Of a DNA stretch of 64,000 nucleotides, positions 19,848-26,828 are shown in pieces (position 1 is the stretch's first letter; each line of letters starts with the position of its first letter). Source of the DNA: Chitinivibrionales bacterium (lineage in GTDB: Bacteria > Fibrobacterota > Chitinivibrionia > Chitinivibrionales > JANQEN01). The DNA lies in the NCBI GenBank assembly GCA_028278335.1, contig JANQEN010000203.1:107950-171949 (forward strand), written 5' to 3'. The translations under genes and the position numbers were made by a program. Below the pieces are notes generated by a model. It had not been told where the DNA came from. It made no database searches and saw only the letters and a program-made list of their open reading frames with translations.

Positions 19848-20456
19848 ATGACGAATTCTGTTACGTTACTATTATTTGACATTGGTGGTGTTCTTGTTGA
19901 ACTTACAGGTGTGCCACGTTTGATGGAGTGGACTCACAACACTATGACTACCGAAGAGATTTGGGAGAAATGGCTTCATTCAACTACAGCTCGCTCATTT
20001 GAAAGTGGCAAAATTTCTCCTAAGGAGTTTTCTGAAAGAATCGTGCAAGAGTTTTCCCTTTCAGTACCTCCAGAGCAGTATTTAGAGGAGTTTATTTACT
20101 GGCCTAAACATCTTTATACTGGAGCTATAAAACTTTTAGACCAGCTTACCTCCCGCTATACATTAGCCAGTTTATCAAACACTAACCATCTTCACTGGGA
20201 ACGATTTACTGAGGAGATGCATCTTATTCAGCATTTCGAATATAATTTTCCTTCCCATCTTACGGGTCTTCTCAAACCTGACAAAGAGGCATTTCTTAAT
20301 GTTCTCGATAAAGTTAAGCATCCCGCTGAAAAGATTCTTTTTCTTGACGACAACCGACTCAATGTGGAATCTGCCAAGGAGTGTGGTATGCAAGCTTATA
20401 TTACAGAAGGGGTTGAAAATACAGAGAAGCTTCTTAATAAACTCTCATTTTTATAG
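19848..20456 (+). CDS. HAD-superfamily hydrolase (subfamily IA-like)
   Basis: Motif I region LLLFDIGGVLVEL, and late motifs ILFLDDN...AKECGM. SD gaggag lies upstream of the ATG. Confidence 0.8.
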   Translation: MTNSVTLLLFDIGGVLVELTGVPRLMEWTHNTMTTEEIWEKWLHSTTARSFESGKISPKEFSERIVQEFSLSVPPEQYLEEFIYWPKHLYTGAIKLLDQLTSRYTLASLSNTNHLHWERFTEEMHLIQHFEYNFPSHLTGLLKPDKEAFLNVLDKVKHPAEKILFLDDNRLNVESAKECGMQAYITEGVENTEKLLNKLSFL

Positions 20457-20462
20457 TGTCTC

Positions 20463-22829
20463 TTAGTAAACTAAATGTTCCGTTCGACGGATAATTTCAT
20501 TCTGTAAATTGACACCCAAGTTAATAAAATAGTCACTATAGCCGGCTACCCGGACAATCAAATTACGATAATCTTCGGGTTTTTCTTGCGCCTTACGCAG
20601 TGTCTCTGCGGTAACAACGTTAAACTGGATATGGTGACCTTCCATCCTGAAATAGGCTCTAATCAGGGAGGCTACCTTTTCAATTCCAGCTGGATCGTGT
20701 AGAATCATAGGAGTAAATTTCTGGTTTAAAAGTGTCCCCCCAGTTCGCACATGGTCAATCTTGCTTGCTGATTTAATAACCGCTGTAGGTCCTTTTCGAT
20801 CGGATCCCTGAACAGGCGAAATCCCTTCTGAGAGAGGTTCGTATGCTTTATGACCATCGGGCATAGCACCAATCACACTGCCAAAATAGACGTGGACGGT
20901 TGTGGGAAGAAGGTTTATCCTATGACACCCGCCTCGAGCATTGGGGACACCATCAATGGCATTATAGTAACTTTCAAATATTCGAGCTAAAATTGCATCG
21001 GCATAATCGTCATCATTACCATACTTAGGAGTATCATAGAGAAACTTTTCCCGTAATACTTCATTGTTCTCATAATTGGAACCTAAAATGGTTAACAGTT
21101 CATCTAAGGTAAGCAACTTTTTATCAAACACATTATAGCATACTGAGGTCAAAGCATCAGTTATGCTGCCTATACCAACTCCCTGAATGTAGGACGTGTT
21201 GTACCGTGCTCCTCCCCCATTATAATCTTTGCCATTGGCAATGCAATCTTTAGTGATTATTGACATAAAGGGGGCTGGAAGGTGTTTTGCCCAAAGTTTT
21301 TCAATTATCTTATTTCCCTTGATTTTAATATCGGTAAAATAATTGAGTTGTTTTTCAAAAGCATTATATAGTTCGCCAAAGGAACTTATTGTGCGCAGAT
21401 CACCTGATTGAATTCCTATTGTTTTACCAGTCCGTGGATCGGTCCCGTTATAAAGTGTCAACTCCAATATCTTCATAAGGTTAAAATAGCCCGTAAGAAT
21501 ATAGGCCTCTTTGCCGAAGGCTCCCGCCTCTACACAGCCGCTCGCACCTCCATTTCTTGCGTCAACAAGTGATTTACCTTGACGGGTTAACTCCTTGACA
21601 ATAGCGTCAGTATTAAAAATTGATGGCTGCCCAAAACCAGTTTTAATAATTTCCAGCACTCGCTGTAAAAATTCCTTAGGAGTGTTCTTGCTTATCTGCA
21701 CCATTGAACTGGGTTGTAAAATTCTCATCTCTTCAATAACATCTAAGATTAGGTAGGAAAGCTCATTGACCGCATCAGTACCATTCTCTTTTACTCCTCC
21801 CACATTTATCAAACAAAAATCAGTATAGGTATTGCTTTCTTCAGCGGTCACTCCAACTTTAGGTGGTGCTGGTTGGTTATTGAACTTTACCCAAAAAGAT
21901 TGTAACAGTTCCTTGGCAAAATCCTTAGAAATAGTACCCTTGTTTAGATCTTCTTGAAAGTAGGGGAAGAGATTTTGATCCAGCCTTCCTGGATTAAAAG
22001 AATCCCAGGTGTTTAACTCTGTAATCACTCCTAAATGTATAAACCAGTAATGTTGTAGGGCTTCCCACATAGTTCCCGGTGCATTGGCTGGAACACGCTG
22101 ACAATTTTTAGCTATTGTCAAGAGTTCATCTTTCCTCGCTGGATGAGATTCTTCTGCAGCCATTTTTTCTGCTAAGGTAGCATACCGATGGGCATAGTGA
22201 ATTATCGCATCTGCAGCGAATGACATAGCCAACAACTCTTCTCTCTTTTCAAACGCTTCTGGATCATTCTTAAAGTCAAGAGATTCAAGACTTTCTTGAA
22301 TCTCATCTTTGAAATCATTAAATCCCTTAAAGAAAATATGCTTACCACCTACAGTATGTCCAGGCGCCCGTTGTTCCATAAACTCAGTAAAGACACCCGC
22401 TTCATAGGCCTCTTTCCATTCAGGATCGACAGCTTCAAAAATTTTATCTCGAATCGTTTTACCTTCCCAGAAAGGATTAATATCATTTTGGACAATTCCT
22501 TGGGTCTCTTTTGAAACAGAAAAGGATATTTTTTCTCTGGAGTCAAGTATTTTTAAATCCTCTGTTGTGTGGACACAGATTTCAGGATAGGTTGGTGTGG
22601 CAGCTGGTTTTGGTCCGCGCTCGCCAACGATCAATTCGTAATCATCGATATAAAGCGTCTTGTTTTTTAGAATATATTCAAAAGCCTTTGCCCGCGCTAC
22701 AGGAATCGAGAGCCCCTTTGCACCATCCTGTTTATAAAACTCCGTTAATAGTTGAGCTCTTTCAATAGAAAGAGCGGGTTTTGCTGAAATACTCTGATCA
22801 CGTAATCTCTGTATTCGTGCACTCTTCAT
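20463..22829 (-). CDS. glycyl radical enzyme, dehydratase (PFL2) class; candidate trans-4-hydroxy-L-proline dehydratase (HypD-like)
   Basis: Glycyl-radical motif LIVRVAGYSDYF and Cys/Glu loop GASGCVEAG. Numbered from MKSAR (start 22829, 1 nt after the activase stop), F150/H158/D276/S332/F338/C432/E434/Y448/T643/G763 sit at a constant -2 offset from the HypD residues I recall (F152/H160/D278/S334/F340/C434/E436/Y450/T645/G765). The longer ORF start at 22868 would overlap the activase gene by 38 nt. Confidence 0.8.
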   Translation of the reverse strand: MKSARIQRLRDQSISAKPALSIERAQLLTEFYKQDGAKGLSIPVARAKAFEYILKNKTLYIDDYELIVGERGPKPAATPTYPEICVHTTEDLKILDSREKISFSVSKETQGIVQNDINPFWEGKTIRDKIFEAVDPEWKEAYEAGVFTEFMEQRAPGHTVGGKHIFFKGFNDFKDEIQESLESLDFKNDPEAFEKREELLAMSFAADAIIHYAHRYATLAEKMAAEESHPARKDELLTIAKNCQRVPANAPGTMWEALQHYWFIHLGVITELNTWDSFNPGRLDQNLFPYFQEDLNKGTISKDFAKELLQSFWVKFNNQPAPPKVGVTAEESNTYTDFCLINVGGVKENGTDAVNELSYLILDVIEEMRILQPSSMVQISKNTPKEFLQRVLEIIKTGFGQPSIFNTDAIVKELTRQGKSLVDARNGGASGCVEAGAFGKEAYILTGYFNLMKILELTLYNGTDPRTGKTIGIQSGDLRTISSFGELYNAFEKQLNYFTDIKIKGNKIIEKLWAKHLPAPFMSIITKDCIANGKDYNGGGARYNTSYIQGVGIGSITDALTSVCYNVFDKKLLTLDELLTILGSNYENNEVLREKFLYDTPKYGNDDDYADAILARIFESYYNAIDGVPNARGGCHRINLLPTTVHVYFGSVIGAMPDGHKAYEPLSEGISPVQGSDRKGPTAVIKSASKIDHVRTGGTLLNQKFTPMILHDPAGIEKVASLIRAYFRMEGHHIQFNVVTAETLRKAQEKPEDYRNLIVRVAGYSDYFINLGVNLQNEIIRRTEHLVY

Positions 22830-22830
22830 A

Positions 22831-23646
22831 TCATCCCCCAATCTGAATGGTATATCCAGCAGCTTCAAATTGCTCTTTCAGAGCATCAAGTTGGTTTTGT
22901 GTCGGTTCCAAAGGTTCTTTGTATTGGTACTCTCTATTGAGTCTTTGATATTTATCCTCACCCATACGAATATAGGGTAATAGATCAACCCGTTTAACAT
23001 GCTCAATCGTTTTTAAGAAAGAAATAGTCGACATCACATTATCATTGCTGTCTGTGATCCCTGGAACAACGGGTATGCGAATTATTATCTCTTTTGCTTT
23101 ATGGGAAATGGCTTTTAAGTTTTGTTGAATAACTTCATTTAAAACAAGTGTAAAACGTTTGTGGTCTTTCTGGTTAAAAAGTTTTATATCATAAAGAAAA
23201 AGATCTATCACATCGCACAAAGACTCGATCTGCTCTTTTGAACAATACCCAGATGTATCTAAGGCTGTATGAATTGCATCCTTCTTGCATTGCTTTGCAA
23301 GAGCATACAGGAATTCATACTGCATACACGGTTCTCCGCCAGAAAAGGTCACTCCCCCATCAGATTCTGCATAGAATATTCTATCCTTTTCAATCTCCAC
23401 CATAGCTTCATCAACAGAGTAGCTAATACCGACTTTTTCTTGCTGGGTAGACAGAGTCTGTTTATGCCCCCCTCTATTTACTTTGTCAATATACTCAATT
23501 TCTTGATTTTGACTTTCTGGGTTATGACACCACCAACAGCGCAAAGGGCACCCCTTAAAAAAAAGGGTCGTTCTAATTCCGGGTCCATCGTGAATAGCAA
23601 ATTTTTTTATATCAAAAAGGATTCCAGTTTTTTCCATGCCAATCAA
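22831..23646 (-). CDS. glycyl-radical enzyme activating protein (radical SAM), lacking the Cys-rich ferredoxin-like insert
   Basis: Motif GCPLRCWWCHNPE, then GGVTFSGGEP. The roughly 35 aa after the CX3CX2C motif contain no cysteine. Confidence 0.85.
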   Translation of the reverse strand: MIGMEKTGILFDIKKFAIHDGPGIRTTLFFKGCPLRCWWCHNPESQNQEIEYIDKVNRGGHKQTLSTQQEKVGISYSVDEAMVEIEKDRIFYAESDGGVTFSGGEPCMQYEFLYALAKQCKKDAIHTALDTSGYCSKEQIESLCDVIDLFLYDIKLFNQKDHKRFTLVLNEVIQQNLKAISHKAKEIIIRIPVVPGITDSNDNVMSTISFLKTIEHVKRVDLLPYIRMGEDKYQRLNREYQYKEPLEPTQNQLDALKEQFEAAGYTIQIGG

Positions 23647-23670
23647 TTTCTTTAAAATAATGTGCCAGAG

Positions 23671-23871
23671 CTATCCACCATGGGCTAAATGAAAAATGGT
23701 GATTGCAGCCTTATCAGGTACTGTATAGGTATCATAGTCATCTTGTGGCACCAATGTTTCATTGACCGTTACGGTGATTAGGGCATATTCGTAACGCATT
23801 GCTTTAAGCACATCTCGTACAGTCATACCTAAAAACCACTCCAGTGTATCTCTATTATTAATTGTCAACAT
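23671..23871 (-). CDS. ThiS/MoaD-family ubiquitin-like sulfur-carrier protein
   Basis: 66 aa from MLTINNRD... (ATG 1 nt after the ThiF-like stop), ending in the diagnostic C-terminal Gly-Gly (...FHLAHGG*). An alternative upstream start at 23895 would give 74 aa. Confidence 0.7.
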   Translation of the reverse strand: MLTINNRDTLEWFLGMTVRDVLKAMRYEYALITVTVNETLVPQDDYDTYTVPDKAAITIFHLAHGG

Positions 23872-23872
23872 A

Positions 23873-24484
23873 CTACGTTCCTTTACCGGTGACAATAAGC
23901 TCGATAGCTAAATTTGCTTGCATGGCAGCTGCCAAAGCCACTCGAGCAGAGCAGAGTCCAATTTCCATTGATGATTTCTCATCGCCGATAATATAGATCG
24001 CGCCTGATTTTCTAATCCCAATCGCCCCACTTCGTCCAAGACCGGCAATACCACTGGCACAAATTATTGGTTTTCCAGGAAAAGCTAGACACCATGATTC
24101 TATGAGCCATGATTTAGCTTCAGCTCGATCAAAGGCCTCAATGCAGAGTTGAGCAACCTTAAAATGGCTTGGCACGTTTTGTGGTGTAAGTTCCTCACAG
24201 TAGGACTCAATAATCACATTAGGATTTATATTATGAAGTTGATTTGATAAGGCATCGACTTTTTTTTTGCCAATATCAGCCTGAAAATAATGTTGCCTAT
24301 TTAAATTCGAGACCTCAACTTGATCAAAATCAATAATAATCAATTTTCCAACGCCAGCACGTACCAAAGCTACGGCAACATTTGATCCAAGTCCACCGCA
24401 ACCTGCAATAGCTATCGTTGCCTTCTGCAATTTTTCAAAAGAGCCAGGGACATTTCTTGTATAAATTGCTTCAATGTTGCTCAT
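23873..24484 (-). CDS. ThiF/MoeB/HesA-family E1-like adenylyltransferase (short, about 200-aa form)
   Basis: Nucleotide-binding IAGCGGLGSNVAVALVRAGVGKLIIIDFDQVEVSNLNRQ. Confidence 0.8.
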   Translation of the reverse strand: MSNIEAIYTRNVPGSFEKLQKATIAIAGCGGLGSNVAVALVRAGVGKLIIIDFDQVEVSNLNRQHYFQADIGKKKVDALSNQLHNINPNVIIESYCEELTPQNVPSHFKVAQLCIEAFDRAEAKSWLIESWCLAFPGKPIICASGIAGLGRSGAIGIRKSGAIYIIGDEKSSMEIGLCSARVALAAAMQANLAIELIVTGKGT

Positions 24485-24830
24485 GTTAAAACCTAGCCTA
24501 GTATTTGGTAGAAAATTTGTTGATTTGAAGAGATTACTCTCTTTATGCTACTTTCTCAAATTAAGAATAAAAAATGTTTATATATATAAATATATAATAA
24601 AACTCAAAAAAAAGATGTGTAATATATCACAACAACAAAAAAGCCCCAATGTCATTTACGATCATCCAATATATTATTCACTTACTTGTTTTATAATAAG
24701 GACTTATGGAACAGTTTACTGCACAAAATATCAACCTAATTAAATAAGAATGGGTTATTTCTCTAAAAAACCATTTCTTAAAAAGCTTATTAAGAGATTA
24801 TTATTACGTTTGGTAGTTAAAATTACGACA

Positions 24831-26828
24831 CTAATCCTGCGCATCTTTTGCAATGGCAACAAGCTCCGGTAGATCAATGCACAACTCTTTTAGCCGTTCT
24901 ATTTTTGGCACACCATTCTTTGTCCAACCGCGCCGAAGATAGGCTGCATCGGTCACTTTATGATACTGCTCATAGCGATAATCACGTAACAGAGCTAACT
25001 TCTCCTCAGTATTTTTATCTGTAATATCAACACCGACAATTTCCTTAAGCTGGGTATCATAGCGCTCCTGTCGTGATTCATATTCCTCGACAGTTACCGG
25101 TCCTACTGCACGAGCTGGTGGAATATCATCTTTTCGTGTTCCATAGCCAAGCATCAAGTTGATGATTCGTTGAAAATTATGTACCCGCGCTGATTGATCA
25201 AGCATTTTCTTTTCGTCAAGAGCAACACCGGTCATTCCTTCAAAGAATTTCCAATAATTCTCAACGTGCTCGGGAATCTTTGCTGCTTGTTGCGGCGGAT
25301 ATTTGCTGTTATCAGCAGGAGATATATCATTCCAGACAATTTTACATAATCCCATCAAACCAAACCAGGTTCTAAAAAGGGGAAAGTAGTATAGTGCCTC
25401 AGCTTTATCTTCAAAAGAGGGAATTTGATTGTTTACCATATCCATAAATATGAGCCAGGCTTCGTCATGTTGTGGCCCCTTGACAGCAAGGGTATATCCT
25501 GCTTGTTGAGCCAAAGACTCTTTACATACATATTCGGAATACTCCAATCCCTTAACTTCCATGCCAATATCTTGGAGAAAAGCTGGATCTGCACCAAGCT
25601 CATCAGCCCATTTGTTCTTGAGCCATCGCACACCCTGACCAACATCAACACCAAATCCTTTGCCTCGAGCCATTTCATGCAAGCACTCCAATGCCTCGGA
25701 TGTGGCACCAAAATTCAACGCTTTACCTCCGGTATCCTCCTTGGTGATCACGCCATTTTCATAGCACTCCATAACAAAAGCCATACAGGTTGAAAAGGAG
25801 ATCGTGTCAATTCCATAGGTGTCGCAATAAAAATTGAACTCCACAATAAAGTCCATATCAAAGCAGCCCATATTGGAGCCACCAGCCGCAGTTTCATATT
25901 CCGGTCCGTCAACACATACTTTGTGTCCCTTATAGGGGCCTGTTTTAAGCTCAAAGCCGTCGACTGCTTTGGCGCATGCCATGGAGCATCCAAACCAACA
26001 GGCATCAGAAGAACCTTGGGTGAAGTACTCTTTTTTAAGCACTTTCGAATCGATCTTCCAGGTCTCTTCATGCTTGCCAAATTTATGGTTACAAACTGGC
26101 AGAAGGTCGTAGGCATCCATAACCTCAACAATATTGGCAGTGCCAACTTCACGCATTCGACATTGCTGTTTATCTAAGGTGGCCATCTCCGCATTTACCT
26201 TCATACCACGGTTGCGAATCAGCTCGGGATCCTTGGGATTATTTAAATCGTCGATTATCTGTATTGCACCAGTAGGGCAAACATAGGCACAGGAGGTACA
26301 TCCCACACAGTGAGGATCGACATCATTGTAGGGCATGGTCATATGTCTTTTCATTCCCCGCCCGGAAAATTCCAAAATTCCCTGTTGAACAAACTCTTTG
26401 CAGGCCCGCACACAACGGCCACAAAGAATGCAAGCTTTGGAATTTTCATCGGTTATGTCACTGGCAAATTTCTTTGGATCCTCTGCACCACAGAGTTTTG
26501 CCACCTTTTGAATTGCCGGCACCTGAGGAAAGCGCCCCAGAAGCATCTCTGCAAGAATCTTACGATGGGACTTGACTGGTGCTGATTCGGTTGACACCTC
26601 GATCTCTTTACGAACCGGATAGTTGCACGCGGTCACCATCTCTTTGGTACCATCCACTTCAATTTCACACATACAGAGACGACAGCTGCCATTGGGTGTT
26701 AAATCCTTATGATTGCATAGTGTCGGCACGGCAAAGCCCGCATCACGGACAGCTTTGAGCAAAAAGGTGTCCTTAACAACAGTCACTTTTTTATCATTAA
26801 TAACAATGTCAATTTTTTTAGTAGTCAT
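24831..26828 (-). CDS. fusion protein: HydA/NuoG-like N-terminal FeS domain plus aldehyde:ferredoxin oxidoreductase domains 2-3 (AOR C-terminal half)
   Basis: The N-terminus has a [2Fe-2S] pattern (C38, C49, C52, C68), then CILCGRCVRAC and CVGCTSCAYVCPTGA. The C-terminal ~410 aa carry AOR motifs DACWFGCSMAC, GPEYET, YCDTYGIDTIS and FGLMGLCK. Confidence 0.8.
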   Translation of the reverse strand: MTTKKIDIVINDKKVTVVKDTFLLKAVRDAGFAVPTLCNHKDLTPNGSCRLCMCEIEVDGTKEMVTACNYPVRKEIEVSTESAPVKSHRKILAEMLLGRFPQVPAIQKVAKLCGAEDPKKFASDITDENSKACILCGRCVRACKEFVQQGILEFSGRGMKRHMTMPYNDVDPHCVGCTSCAYVCPTGAIQIIDDLNNPKDPELIRNRGMKVNAEMATLDKQQCRMREVGTANIVEVMDAYDLLPVCNHKFGKHEETWKIDSKVLKKEYFTQGSSDACWFGCSMACAKAVDGFELKTGPYKGHKVCVDGPEYETAAGGSNMGCFDMDFIVEFNFYCDTYGIDTISFSTCMAFVMECYENGVITKEDTGGKALNFGATSEALECLHEMARGKGFGVDVGQGVRWLKNKWADELGADPAFLQDIGMEVKGLEYSEYVCKESLAQQAGYTLAVKGPQHDEAWLIFMDMVNNQIPSFEDKAEALYYFPLFRTWFGLMGLCKIVWNDISPADNSKYPPQQAAKIPEHVENYWKFFEGMTGVALDEKKMLDQSARVHNFQRIINLMLGYGTRKDDIPPARAVGPVTVEEYESRQERYDTQLKEIVGVDITDKNTEEKLALLRDYRYEQYHKVTDAAYLRRGWTKNGVPKIERLKELCIDLPELVAIAKDAQD

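Noticed and set aside
22829-22868. The longer GRE start at 22868 (MKLLDIPFRLGDD...)
   Set aside because: It would overlap the activase gene by 38 nt. The start at 22829 is preceded by GGGGGA, follows the activase stop by 1 nt, and gives residue numbering that matches HypD at a constant offset.
24474-24743. The 89-aa ORF in the AT-rich gap between the AOR and ThiF-like genes
   Set aside because: It is a low-complexity Lys/Ile/Tyr-rich translation of AT-rich intergenic DNA on the strand opposite to all neighbours, with no RBS. The region is more plausibly a promoter region.
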